Of a stretch of 64,000 nucleotides of DNA, positions 23,006 through 36,399 are shown one piece after another. The stretch comes from Squalus acanthias. Taxonomy: Eukaryota. How positions within the stretch are numbered: the stretch's first letter is position 1; the number at the start of each line of letters is the position of its first letter. The DNA lies in NCBI GenBank assembly GCA_030390025.1, contig CM059430.1, forward strand, positions 137,144,001 to 137,208,000, read 5' to 3'. The notes beneath the pieces are model-generated. The model worked only from the letters and a program-made list of their open reading frames with translations, made no database searches and was not told the DNA's origin. The position numbers were made by a program, and so were the translations under genes.

Positions 23006-24569
23006 AGAGCATAACATGAAAAATAAAATAAAAAAATTGAGGAAGGGTTATATAACAGCAGCACAGTCCTGAAAGAGTTGGGAATCGATAGCTGGTTGAG
23101 AAGAACATGCGAGAAATATGCTGCATAATCTAGTTACATGCTGCATAAAGTAAAAGGAATCTAATAGGATCTAACACCACTGTGTTTGCTGCATTACTGG
23201 GGTTTGTACATCTAATACCTCTTCAGTGAGGCCCCTCAGCATGAAGCACTCACCAGGCAGCTGTAAGCTCAGTTAGAGCTGAGATAAACAGGTGACGATT
23301 AATTTAGGAAATTTACAACTCAAAAAGAAATACACTGTTTATACAAAACTAAAGATACAAAAGATGGATTTTTTAAGCTGTAACGCAATCTGCGGGCTTT
23401 GATTACATTGATGAATCACTCGAAGTTCTCCCTTGTGTTTTATAATATCGGCCCGAGTCCCCTCGATGGCCTTGTGTTTATTATTATACAGTATCACAGA
23501 CAGGTAGAAAGGAGCACAGTTGGCTGGAAATGGTTTTCTCATCTTTATCATTAACGTAGCCTTTTCTCTTCTTTAAAAACCGCACAGCCCGTTTCCATGG
23601 AGACAAGGCATTAAGCTGCCACCCTCAAGCAAACAGGAAGTTTACAGGATTTCAAAGCCTTGTCGGTGATGAGTGTTTATAAAGTCTCTGTGTTGTCAGT
23701 CTGTCTAAAGCTGGGAGTAATTATCTCCTTCCCTAGGCAGCTAACGACTGATAACCTTGTTGACTAACACAGTTCTGGTCATGGGTACGAGGGAATCTTG
23801 CCTAAGACCATATTTACTGAAGAGTCCCTTCATTTCAATTTCATGGGAATTAAGGCTTCTTTTTTAACTGTCGTGCACCACGATCAAAAGTGCCTTGAGT
23901 TTCGACAGAATCCAAACCAAATAGCTCGTTCTTTTCCAAATGGTGCTCTAGACTCGGAGCGACCTTGTTTAGAATTTAACCTCTGTAAGCGGAAGCAAAG
24001 CTGCATGATCTGCAAACAGCAACAGTCCAGACATCTCAGCTGAATATGGTACTGATGTATATCTCTGTGTAACTACGTATGCATTACCTCCTGTTGGGGG
24101 GTTACAGCTAGGGATAAGTGAACTGCTTCAGGGTCAGAGGTTCAGTCATGTTCAAATCAGGCTGTGTGACCCCCAACTGTGTCAAACCCTTTCTACACCT
24201 CTCGCATTCTGACTGCCACAGCAACCTGCACTTTCTCATGAAGTACTCAACTGTACACTAGTAAATTGACTTGTCCACAGTCAGTTGAAGAGTATGAGCT
24301 TTTTTTTTACACCCACATATATATATATGTAAGATGGTGACTGAGTTGGGAGAGAAACTTCAGAAACTCACTTGTCAGCGCCACCAAGTGGTCAGAGGCT
24401 GCTACTACATTGTGACAGTTGACATAGCAAAATTGAATGGGAAATGTTGATGTGGAAAGTTGTGATGAAAAAGGTCGACAGAAAACCATGACCAAACATT
24501 GTGACAACAGGTTTGTGGATCAGAGCTTGCCTTACACAAGATTTTTAATAATGCACTCAGATATATCCA

Positions 24570-24880
24570 GACCCTGAGCCATACAAACAAGGATAGTACA
24601 TGCTGGGTTGGCTAATCTGAGCGGTAGGAGCCATACGATTGGCTCAGCTCCCAGAGGATGGGAATAGCCAGCCTGGATTCCCACTCTCGTTCACTGTCCA
24701 CTCTTTCCTGCCAGAAAATGTGCCTGTACATTTGCTGAGAATTGGGTCATCTCTTCACGTGATACTCACTGCAGTGGAACAGCCTGCCAATGCCGTCTAG
24801 GCTGACAGGTGGAGAATGGCCATTTGCACAGGGCAGTGGGGGACTGCAGGGTGTATGTGGAACCCTAACCAGCATGATGC
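24570..24880 (+). mobile_element. LF-SINE-like element, old
   Basis: ctgagccatac...attggctcagc...cagcctgcca...gtctaggctgaca...gaatggccatttg...gtggaacc follows recalled LF-SINE block order. Confidence 0.6.
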
Positions 24881-25067
24881 GGAGGGCAGCAATGAGAAGA
24901 ACATCAGAAGATGGGGTGGAGAATATTGGGATTGTCCCATCGCGCAGCACATACTGGTGTCTGGTATTTTACACAATTTAATGTTTCTTACCATTGGCAT
25001 GATCATTTTGATTACAGAACATCACATAAAATGAACAGGAATCAATTCAATTTCAAGACAAGTGCTA

Positions 25068-25590
25068 CAACAACAACAACTTGCATTTAAGAACATAAGA
25101 ACATAAGAAATAGGAGCAGGAGTAGGCTGTGCGGCCCCTCAAGCCTGCTCCGCCATTCAGTGAGATCATGGCTGATCTTCTACCTCAACTTCACTTTCCC
25201 ACCCTATCCCCATATCCCATTTATATAGCGCCTTTAACATAGTAAAATGTCAAAAGGCACTTCACTGGAGCGTTAGCAAACAAAATTTGACACCGAGCCA
25301 CATAAGGAGATATTAGGACAGGTGACCAAAGGCTTGGTCAAAGAGGAAGGTTTTAAGGAGCATCTTAAAGAAGGAGGTAGAGAGGCGGAGAGGTTTAGGA
25401 AGGGCATTCCAGAGCTTAGGGCCTCGGCAGCTGAAGACATGGTCACCAGCGGTGGAGCGATTAAAATCGGGGATGCGCTAGAGGCCAGAATTGGAGGAGC
25501 GCAGAGATCTCGGAGGGTTGTAGGGGCTGGAGGAGGTTACAGGGATAGGGAGGGGGCGAGGGCCATGGAGGGATTTGAAAATGAGGATTA
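25068..25590 (-). mobile_element. L2 3' fragment with nested CR1 tail (~25090-25218)
   Basis: The L2 tail ttgcattt|atatagcg is split by a CR1 tail flanked by cattta. Confidence 0.8.
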
Positions 25591-25987
25591 ATCGTTTTTT
25601 TTTCCCACGGCTAATGTTTTCAGACTAAGACTTGTATTTATGAATGATTCTGCAGTGTGATCTTGGCACACAGGAGGCAGGGATCTCTGAGATTTCTAGT
25701 GTGAAAGAAACATTGTGCTTTTATACCTGACCAAATTTGGTAGATGGTACAAGTTGCAGCTAATTACAGTCTACCCTTTCCTCTATCAGCATGATTCCAA
25801 CAATGACCCTGCCGCAGTGGTGGAAGAGGCTATGTATGAAATAAGTTGAACTTTTGTTCGATATTAAGGAGCTGTAAAAATGAATCAGAGATGTAGCTAG
25901 CTCTGTAGGGTTCATTTGTCAGGGGTCAAGTCTTGGCCTCTGGGAGCACGCAACAGGATATTGTGGGGAATGTGCCCAGTGATTTAT

Positions 25988-26445
25988 AGAAAGAAAAGAA
26001 CGTGCATTTATATAACGCCTTTCTCCACCTCTGGACGTCCCAAAGCGCTTTACAGCCAATGAAGTACTTTTTGTCGTGTCATCGCTGTTGCAATTTAGGA
26101 AACGCGGCAGCCAATTTGCACACTGCAAGCTCCCACAGACAGCAATGTGGTAATGACCAGATAATCTGTTTTTTCGCGATGTTGGTTGAGGGATAAATAT
26201 TGGCCAGGACACCGGGGATAACTCTTCTTTGAAATAGTGCCACGGGATCATTTATGGCCACCTGAGAGGGCAGACAATAATGTCTCATTTGAAAGATGGC
26301 CCCTCTGACCATGCAGCACTCCCTCCGTACTGCACTGGGAGTGTCAGCCTGGATTATGTGCTCACGTCTCTGGAGTGGGACTTGAACCCACAACCTTCTG
26401 ACTCAGAGGCGAGAGAGAGCGCTTCCAGTTGAGCCACGGCTGACA
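25988..26445 (-). mobile_element. SacSINE1-like Deu SINE
   Basis: Head-core-tail on the minus strand. Confidence 0.85.
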
Positions 26446-26702
26446 CATTTGTGGAGTGCACCTGCGATTTCCCAGGCTACGCTCCATGCCAGGAGCGAGT
26501 TTTAGTAAAGTTTATTCGTGTGCCTCTATAAAGCAGAGGAGAACGATGGTAGGCTAGAAATTACAGGTAGTAATATTAGCGAATAATCATTTAGTATGTT
26601 CATGTGATATTCCTTTGTCTGTCAGTTTAACAGAGGTGCTGACATGTTCATTTAAACCAGGCTAACCCCTCCAATAAAATTGTTGACAGAAGAATATCAT
26701 AT

Positions 26703-27192
26703 AGACTAGAGAGGGTACAGAGGCGATTTACGAGGATGTTGCCTGGACTGGAGAATTTTAGCTATGGGGAAAGGCTGAGGTTGTTTTCTTTGGAGCAGAG
26801 GAGGCTGAGGGGAGACTTGATTGAGGTGTATAAAATTATGAGGGGCCAAGATAGAGTGGATAGGAAGGACTTGGTTCCCTTAGCAGAGAGGTCAATAACC
26901 AGGGGGCATAGATTTAAAGAAATTGGTAGAAGGATTAGAGGGGAGTTGAGGAGAACTTTCTTCACCCAGAGGGTGGTGAGGGTCTGGAACTCGCTGCTTG
27001 AAAGGGTGGTAGAGGCAGAAACCCTCATCACATTTAAAAAGTACTTGGATATGCACTTGAAGTGCCATAATCTACAGGGCTACGGACCAAGAGCTGGAAA
27101 GTGGGATTAGGCGGGATAGCTCCTTTTTGGCTGGGACAGACATGATGGGCCAAATGGCCTCCTTCTGTGCCATAAATTTCTATGATTCTATG
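26703..27192 (+). mobile_element. CR1 LINE 3' fragment
   Basis: LFSLEQRRLRGDLIEVYKIM...FFTQRVVRVWNSL; tail ttctatgattctatga. Confidence 0.9.
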
Positions 27193-27896
27193 ATATAAAT
27201 GTGTTAAGCATTCAGAGGCCAATATCGCCATTAGTGATTGTCTATCCAACTCAGCTTGATCTGTATGGAGCCTACAAAACAATGAGCCGAACCCAGTTCA
27301 TTTTAAGTGACATGCACTACCAAAAGGTATGGATCTTCACTTCTGTCTCCTCTAGGTTGGAGAGTCGAAAATCAAAAGATCAATACAAAAATATTAGTTC
27401 AGTAAATGTGTTTTCTCAATAACGATTCTTTCCGGTTTAAGCCCTTGCGATAACCATTGTTGGATGATGGGATCATTTCAGTTATCCAGTCATTCACGGC
27501 GTATCCCACTCTCGAAGGTTTTATAGGTCTGGCATTCATCATGGCTCCACAAGCCGCTCGCCCTGACAGTGCAGATTGCAGATAAAGCACTACAAGTGCT
27601 TCAAATCTTCGAGTTGGGCAATGAGTGAATGGGGTCCATGGGGCTAAAAACCCGAGGCTATCATTCTAACTCAGGTGCTTCTCCTCAGCAGCTGAGAACT
27701 CTGACAGACTGCAGGGAGACGGATTAAAGCTGCTCCCCGGAGTGATTTGAACCTCTGTCTATTGTTGCTGTGAGCAAATGTTCTGTAAGATTTTGAAGCT
27801 AATAGACAATAGCATGAAGGATGGGACTTGTGAAGATCTCTTTGGGCGACTGCGATAGCAACCCACTTCAAAGTGATAATAGTCTGTGTTCTATTA

Positions 27897-28735
27897 GGAA
27901 GGAAAGAACTTACATTTCTACAGCGCCTTTCACCACCTCAGGACGTCCCAAAGCGCTTTACAGCCAATGAAGTACTTTTGAAGTGTTGTAATGTAGGAAA
28001 CGCAACAGCCAATTTACACACAGCAAGCTCCCACAAACAGCAATGAGATAATGACCAGCTAATCTGTTTTGATGATTAAGGGGAAAATATCAGCCAGGGC
28101 ACATTCCCCTGCTCTTCTTTGAATTAGTATCATGGGATCTTTTACATCCACCTGAGAGGGCAGACAAGGCCTCAGTTTAATAACTCATCTGAAAAACTGC
28201 ACCTCTGACAGGGTAGTACTCCTTCAGTACTGCGCTGAAGTGCCAGCCTAAATGATGTGCTCATGTCTTTGCAGTGGGTCTTGAACCCACAAGCTTCTGA
28301 GTCAAAAGGCAAGAGGGCTACCGACTGAGCCACAGATGACACCTTGTCTCATAGCCTATCTGAGAGGTTCAAATCCCTCCATGGCCTCGCCCCTCCCTAT
28401 TTCTGTAACCTCCTCTAGCCATACAACCATCTGAGAACTCTGCGTTCCTCCAATCCTGGCCTCTTGTGCATCCCTGATTTCCTTCACCCCCACCATTGGC
28501 GGCCGTGCCTTCAGCTGCCTCGACCCTAAGCTCTGGAATTTCCTCCCTAAACCTCTCCGCCTCTCTCTCCTCCTTTAAGCCGTTCCTTAAAATTGACCAA
28601 GCTTTTGGGCACCTGTCCTAATATCTCCTTATGTGGTTCGGTGTCAAATTTTGTCTGATAACACCTCCTGTGAAGCACCTTGGGACATTTTACTACGTTA
28701 AAGGCACTCTATAAATGCAAGTTGTTGTTGTTGTT
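27897..28735. mobile_element. Deu SINE (-, 27897-28342) and L2 3' fragment (+, 28367-28735)
   Basis: SINE consensus match; L2 tail ataaatgcaagttgttgttg. Confidence 0.8.
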
Positions 28736-30376
28736 GCTGTTTTGTTCCGTGTGAATAAGTACAAGAAAGAAAAATGCTGGATTAACAGATGGTAAGGGTT
28801 TGCTACTGTCCTAATGAGGAGAGTTTGGACGTGGCAGCAGAGAGAAGCTGATGTTTGGCATCTGTAGCCTGCAGTTCATTAGTTCAAAGGGACACGTCGT
28901 CACTTTGTGTTGTTGCAGCCACTGGTTTAACTGGGCAATAATTCTGTGAAAGCTAGTCCACCAGCAGATCATGTTATTTAACTTAATGCCGTTTGTAACT
29001 TTTACAGAGTTCGGTACTTGGAATTGTCACCCAGAAACCTCCAAGTAGAATTTCTAAAGGGTGCCAGAAATAGTACTGAGCTCCAGTCACTATCACAATC
29101 TGCTCCATAGCAACCTTGGGATTTTAGAGTTGAGTTGATATAAACTTAAATTGATTTTTACTTTGTGGAGAAAAAAAAGCGTTCAGAGTAATCCAAAATA
29201 AACACACTTTTGAGGTTATTTTAGAATGGTTTCTTTGTGCGTCGTATGAACAGGATGTAAAGCGGTAGAAGTCGATATCAGGTGTAAAACGAGGGCAGAG
29301 CACAGGCCAATCTGCTCAGGCATTGGTCCCACTGCTACAGTCATGGGGACCTTTTTTCTGGCGTCCCAGACGGATGCCTCAAGCTGGAGTTAGGCCCCTT
29401 AAATATGTAAATTAGGGACCTTAGGCCTGTTGAAGAACCTCATCCAGAAATTAGTTGGCGATGAGTGGAGCAGGCGTCGGGCCTGCATTCTTAAAAAAAA
29501 TGTTCCTGAGGAGCCAGGAGGAGCCACGATCGTCCCTCTCCCCACCACCAACCCCCACCCCCTTCCCCCCCACCCCACACACCTGTAGCCCGGTCCAATA
29601 TCCCCCTCCCCTCCCCTACCTGGGCCTTTACTGAGGGCTGCTGTCAGTGAGGTAGGAGGCCCAACATTGATGTCTCCCTGTCGGGTGAGCTCCCTGTGGA
29701 GGCGCGACCAGTGCTGGCAGCTCTCGCCATGTACGCTGACGAGGCCTCAGGACCGATTCCCATCGACCCCTCAGGCCTCTTGGTTGAGGTGTATTCCCCC
29801 CCACCCCCGCCGGCCTGATTTTCCTGGATTCGCTGCTCCCAGGTGATGTAATAGATCCAAGCTCATGATCACCCAGCCCATAACCTCTTTACACAGAGGC
29901 TGGTAAACACATGGAATAGTCGACTCAGGGAGTCGGTGGAGGCGGAGGATATTATAAACTTGAAGAGGGTGGTAGTTACATTTTTGGCGGAGAGCGCTGT
30001 TGGCGGGTACGAGAGGTCAAGTGGAGTAATACCTCTGTGGCCTTTGGGACTGGCCCGATGGATGGAAATGGCCATTTAGGGTCTTGCATGGTATGTTCCT
30101 CAGGAAATTGGGATATATGGGAGGGGAGGTCGTGGGTTAGTGTATGCAATGATGAGACATATGGGTCTCCTGAAGCTTGCTTGATTACCTTCTGGAGTCA
30201 GGGAGGAATTTCCCAGAGTTGTTCCCGTAATTGGCCTCAGATTTTCTTTCCCCAGTTGTTGCCTCACCCAAGAGTTAGCAGTATTGGCGGTTGGAGAGGG
30301 TGCTGCAAAAGGGTACGTTGTTTAATCGGTAGGGTGAGCACGGATGGCTGAGTGTCTTTTCTCATCTTTTGTCAAG

Positions 30377-30830
30377 GTGTCAGCTGTGGCTCATTGACTA
30401 GCACTCTTGCCTCTAAGCCAGAAGGTTGTGGGTTCAAGTTCCACTTCGAGACTTTGAGTACATAACCTCGGCTGATATTCCTGGTGCAGTACTGAGGGAG
30501 TGCTGCACTGTTGGAGGAGCCGTCTTTCGGATGAAACATTAAACAAAGGACCCAATCTGCCCTCTCAGGTAGATATACAAGAGCAGTGGAGTTCTCCCCG
30601 GCGTCCTGGCCAAGATTTAACCTTCAACCAGCATCATTAAAAACAGATTATATAGTCATTATCTCATTGCTGTTTGTGGGAGCTTGCTGTGCACAAATTG
30701 GCTGCTGCGTTTCCTACATTACAACAGTGACTACACTTCAAAAGTACTTGATCGGTTGTGAAGTGCTTTGGGACGTCCTGAGGAAGTGAAAGGCGCCGTA
30801 GCAATAAAAGTTACTTCATTTATTTCTTTT
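30377..30830 (+). mobile_element. SacSINE1-like Deu SINE
   Basis: Head-core-tail. Confidence 0.8.
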
Positions 30831-31369
30831 TGGCTGCAACAGTTGCAGCATTTTCTCTTAAATCTAACTTTTTGGGGGGGCCTTTATGAGTACTTTTGTT
30901 CAGCGGGTTGCAATGCCATTCTTGCAGTTACCTCACTGTAGTGACCCTACAACCACACGTAGTGATTTTCAATGCTCCCGTCAAAAGTATGTGACAGTGG
31001 GATCACTTCACATATTGTGCGCTGGCGGTTATTTGGGAAAGTTGTGTGTATCTTGGTTTACATCTTGCAAAAACTTCAATCAATAAACTTTTAGGGAAGC
31101 TGTATTGAGCTCTGCAATCTTAAATGCTGATCATAGTCTGGTATTGATAGGGATTGACTTTGATTTGGAGATCACAGTCAGTTGTCTGGTAACATAATAC
31201 ATTAACCTCAAACGGTTATCCCGGAGAGGAATTTAATCTGAGGTAAATTTGCTGATCATCAGTAAACAGGAATCAATGGAAAGGTTTATAGGAACTATCC
31301 CATAACACGCTCAAGTAGCATAATATATGAAATGCTATCAAACTGGGGGATGTTCTACCCTAGGCTGAA

Positions 31370-31778
31370 GTGTCAGTCTTGGCTCAGTTGGTAGGACTCG
31401 CGCCGTTGAGTTAGAAGGTCGTGGGTTCAAGTCCCATTCCAGAGACTTGGGTCTCATAATCTAGGCCCACACTCCCCAGTGCAGTGCTGAGGGAGTGCTG
31501 CCCTCCCGGAGATCCTGTCTTTCCTTTGAGACGTTAAACTGAGGCCTTCTTGGGTTGATGTAAACGCACGACTTGGAAGAAGAGCAGGGGAGTTCTTCAG
31601 GCCAATATTTCTCCTGAGATCCTAGTTTGAAACCATATACTGTTAATTTTTAGGTGGTTTCCTCACATTGCAACAGTGACTACACTTTAAAAGTTTTTCA
31701 TTGACTGTAAAGAGCTTTGGGACGTCCTAAGGCCGTGAAAGGCGCTATATAAATGCAATTTCTTTCTTCTTTCTTTCT
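31370..31778 (+). mobile_element. SacSINE1-like Deu SINE, internally altered
   Basis: A/B boxes TGGCTCAGTTGG / GGTTCAAGTCC and tail present. Confidence 0.75.
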
Positions 31779-32484
31779 TGTGTGTCAGTCATTATTGTTG
31801 TGCACATTATCTGGGATATTTGTAGTAATCAGTTGCTGATTGGTTGCCGTGCTGCGTCACTGGAATGCACACGTGAAAATTGACCCGTTTTAGGAAGTTG
31901 AGATTTAATTTGTTTCGCCTGAGAATTACTTTCAGTTTGCATGGAATGAACGAAACGCAATTCTTGTAAAAGATGGAATATTAGGGCCGATTCCCCCTCC
32001 AATCAGGCTCAGGCGAGGAGCGCTAGTCAGGAAATCACCCGCTCTCCAGCCCCGATATTCCATCTATTTAAATTAATACCTGCAGTAGATCAGGGACTGC
32101 AGTCCAGTCCAGACCTCACTCTGAGTGCCACTCTGTGCTGGGAGTGCCCGATCGTGCAACCAGTCCCGATCGTAGTCAGCTCAAAGGTTTGGTGACACCT
32201 AATGGCATTTGATGCAAACTGTTTTTTGGTTTGTAATGACCCACTGGCTTTGATTTAGGTCAATTTATTATGAACTCAGGAACAGGAGGCCATTCAGCCC
32301 CTCGAACCTGCTCCGCCATTCAATTTGATCTGTATCTCAACTCCAATTTCCCACCTTGGTTCCATCACCCTTAACACCCTTGCCTAACAAAAAATTCTAT
32401 CAATCTCAGTTTTTAAATGTTCAATTGACCCCCGGCCTCAACAGCTTATTGGGGGAAAGATTGCAGATTTCCACTACCCTTTGT

Positions 32485-32928
32485 TCGATGCCTTCATACT
32501 TTTCAGACCGGGAGGCCGCTTTCGGGCATTCAGTCGTCTTCTTGATGACATTAGCTGGCAAATTCTCGGTGAGCTAGCATACACAGAGGGACCGCGTGTA
32601 GGTTGTCACAAGCTCATCACTGACCCAACAGCAGGGGTCCCTGGCTTCGACCTCCCTCAGAGACAGTAGACAACGCTCCACCCAATCCGCACAGGGCATG
32701 GACGATGCGACCAGCTGCTCCACCAGTGGAAGATGAGGGACGACCCAAAGTGTGACCGTGGCCATGAGTCCCAGACCATGGAACACGTCACATCAACCTG
32801 CCCACTGAGATCTGTTGTGGGAGGCACCTCATTTCTCCACTCGGCATCTCAGGGGGCCATCGAATGGATAGCCAAACTAGACATCCCATAATAAGCTTTC
32901 CCCCTCATACGGAACAACAACAACAACA
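32485..32928 (+). mobile_element. 5'-truncated Ingi/Vingi-like LINE inserted in a CR1 tail
   Basis: 12-bp TSD ACTACCCTTTGT (32473-32484 / 32929-32940), (AAC)n tail. Peptide PGFDLPQRQ*TTLHPIRTGHGRC...KCDRGHESQTMEHVTSTCP...IEWIAKLD is a degenerate C-terminal zinc knuckle with a very short 3' UTR. Confidence 0.75.
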
Positions 32929-33963
32929 ACTACCCTTTGTGTGAAGAAGTGCTTCCCGACATCACCCCTGAACAGTGATGTAATAAATATTATTATTTGT
33001 GTTATTTTTAAGAACTTTTTCTCTCTCTATTCCTCCCTTTCTTGCCTTGCTGCCTCCATATTTTTCCTTAGCTGGGTATCTGCTGTGACCTTCTTTCTGG
33101 CTGCAGTCAGTAGCTTTATGTATATGAAAGCATTAACATTGCTTAATTTATTGACTAGCATGAACCTCGTCAACTGAAGTGAATTATTCACTGGTCTATT
33201 ATGTTTACATGTGTCTCCCAGCAGATTGGCTAATTCTTAACAATCATTTTTCTTTGTCATGTGATGCGAACTGATTGACTTTCACAAACTCCAGTGCTCT
33301 TATGAAACCAGAACTCCTTCACCTAACTGAGCCTCAAACTAGGAGACAGCCACGCGATTGATCCCTGAGGCCACAGTTGACATTATCAGACAATTCCACA
33401 TATATTAAGCTTTCCCACCTACCTCATCCCTTTATCTTTGTTATTTACGGCACTTGCATAACTCTCCTAAAGGACAGACAGATTACTCATAATTTGCTTT
33501 GTGCGGATGTCAAGGAGCTCAAAAGGACACAACAAAAAGAAGTAGCATTGTTTGATGTCAAATGAATGAGTATTGACTGTAGTGTACTTTCTATAATAAA
33601 GGTACTTCACCATTAGACAACTCCATGTACTTTTTTTATTAATTCACTGGATGTGGGCATCACTGGAAAGGCGCATTCATTCCCGATATGCAGGAACATC
33701 GACTTGTGAAGATTTTAATTCTGTCACCTATTTCAGTGGATAATGGTGTTGCCTAATTTCTGAATTGTTGCAGCTAGTTAACGAATTATCATAGAGTTCA
33801 CTGTAAAGAAGGAAGCCATTTTGTGGTCTAAGCTGGTGATGACAAGCCCTCAAAACTGAAGCTGTCTGCTTTCCCTGCCATTTCCTCGTCTACTTTACAA
33901 ATGCTTACCCCATTCCCTTTTAAAAACACATTGTAGCTTGTGCCTCAATAGCCATGTTCTAAT

Positions 33964-34418
33964 AGAAAGAAAGACTTGCATTTCTATAGCGCCTTTCACT
34001 ATCACCGGACAGTCCGAAAGCGTTTTACAGCCAATGAAGTACTTTTGGATAATAGTCACTGTTGTAATGTGGGAAACGCGGCAGCCAATTTGTACACAGC
34101 AAGCTCCCACAAACAGCAATGTAATAATGACCAGATAATCTGTTTTTATTATGTTGGTTGAGGGATAAATATTGGCCAGGACACCGGGGATAACTCCCCT
34201 GCTCTTCTTCAAAATAGTGCTATGGGATCTTTTACGTCCGCCTGAGAGAGCAGACGGGGCCTCGGTTTAACATCTCATCCGAAAGACGGCACCTCCGACA
34301 GTGCAGCACTCCCTCAACACTGCACTGGAGTGTCAGCCTAGCTTAATGTGCTCAAGTCCCTGGAGAACCCACAACCTTCTGACTCAGAGGCAAGTGTGCT
34401 ACCAACTGAGCCACGGCT
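33964..34418 (-). mobile_element. SacSINE1-like Deu SINE
   Basis: Close to the in-window consensus. Confidence 0.85.
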
Positions 34419-34704
34419 AACCCTCTGTGTGTAAACATTTCCACGAACTTACCCCTTTGTTCCTTGGGGATAATCCTGAGGCTATGGCCCCTGCTTGTTC
34501 CATTGTCATGTAACAAAAGTTTGGCAGCTAGTCATTTCTCGTCATTAGAAATTTGGTGACAGACAAACTAGAAAGCTTCAGAATTAGTCCCTCCGTGGTG
34601 ACTTCATGCCAATATCATTTGGATGATTTGCTAAGAAGTATCTTTGATTTTCATGATGATTTTCTGGAAAGATGAAGTGCTTGACTTCCATGAGGTGGTG
34701 CTGA

Positions 34705-35030
34705 ATTTTGGATGAGATATTAAACCAAGGCCCCATCTGCCTTCCCAGGTGGATGTAAAAGATCCCATCGCACTATTTCGAAGAAAAGCAGGGGAGTTCT
34801 CCCTGGTGTCCTGGCCAATATTTATTCCTCAACCAACATCACTAAAACAGATTATAGGGGCATAATCTCATTGCTGTTTGTGGGAGCTTGCTGTGCGCAA
34901 ATTGGCTGCCGTGTTTCCTACATTACAACAGTGACTACACTTGAAAAGTACTTCATTGGCTGTAAAGTGCTTTGGTACATCCTGAGCTCATGAAAAGCGC
35001 TGTATAAATGCAAGACTTTCTTTTTTCTTT
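34705..35030 (+). mobile_element. Deu SINE, 5' truncated
   Basis: Deu core and tail. Confidence 0.8.
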
Positions 35031-35115
35031 CGGGATAGTTTTCTGGGTTTGCACTCTTACTGCCTGGCTTTACACGACAGCAATGTATAGCAGTAATTTG
35101 GGCACTGGGGATAGT

Positions 35116-35858
35116 GGCCCAGAAATTAAAGACGGAGCCTTCCTGCGGGGGTAAGGCTTCCCCGCGATATCTCACTGCGCGCCTGCCTTTTCCTTCCGAG
35201 CTCGCATGAACTTGAGTTTCTAGACAGCAGCTGTGCAGTGTGTGCGTATCCCACAGACGCAGTTAATTCGTGCGAGCTGTGGGATCACGTGATTCAGTTA
35301 GAGCCAATGGCAGCACACCATCTTTCATTCATAGTTTTCACAGCAAGGGCTGTGAAAGCTATGAATACTATACCCCCCAAAAGAACAGCTAAACCTCAAT
35401 TAAATTTTTAAAAAAACCATCACATTAATAAAATAAGTATAGTTAAATAAATTAACCACTTTAAACAAAAAATTAAATTTTTGAAAAAATTTAAAATCTT
35501 TTTAAAAGTTATAAAAATAAACTTACCTTTCTTTAAAGTCTCTAAAAAAGATATACCTGTTGAAAAAAATTCAAAATAATACTTAATTAACTACTTACCT
35601 TGTTAAAAGAGGGTCTTACGCCTCCTTTCTTTATGTGCAAAATCTTCCATGCTTACCTGCGCGTTCAAAGCACTAAGTGCACTGCGTGCGCGCAGCCTGT
35701 AGCGCGCACGCGATTCACTTAGGGACTGCCCCCTTTTGAAATCACCAAGTGCCGGTTTTCAGCGCATGCGCAGTGCATGCAGAAAACCGGCAATTGGAGA
35801 CAGAATACGCGAGAGTACACAGTGCGTACTCTCGCGTAGTGAGACTAATTTTTGGGCC
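35116..35858. mobile_element. Harbinger-type MITE family D
   Basis: TIR GGCCCAGAAATTA / TAATTTTTGGGCC, TSD AGT (35113-35115, 35859-35861), AT-rich core, GC-rich subterminal hairpins. Confidence 0.75.
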
Positions 35859-36399
35859 AGTATGTCCAACTTGTGGTCAGGATATTTTGCAATCTATTAA
35901 ATGTTCTATTTAGCACGTGCTCCCTCTTTTGGCTCTTTCACCCCCCATACCAATTATTTTACACTTATCCAGATTGAACTGCGTCAGATGCCTACTGGCC
36001 CAGTTACCTAAAAGATCGAAATCGTTCCGAATCTGGCCGCATTGTTCCCATTGGTTTCACTCCCTGATACTTTTGTATCTACAGGGAGCTTGAAGGTTGT
36101 GTTTATTTTATGCTTTCCCCGGTCACTTGCATATCTGTAAACATCCCGAGATTGACCCCTCGGTACATTGCTTGTAACCTTTTCCCAGCATGAAAAGTTT
36201 CCATTCATAGCTATCCTGTTTCAATTTCGAAGTACATTTTCAATCGAGTACATGGTTTTACACTCTTGCCATCATCATTAATCACTAATGTGGAATCTTG
36301 CCAAAACCTTTTGGAAAATCAAGTATATAATAACAACTGCATTTGTCTTATTCCTCGTGTCAACAATATCTTTGAAAAGCACCAACACACGACTTCGCC

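Noticed and set aside
27357-27422. Strong acceptor cttctgtctcctctag|G as a possible extra exon
   Set aside because: The phase-0 frame hits TAG after 13 codons, there is no AFF similarity and no convincing donor.
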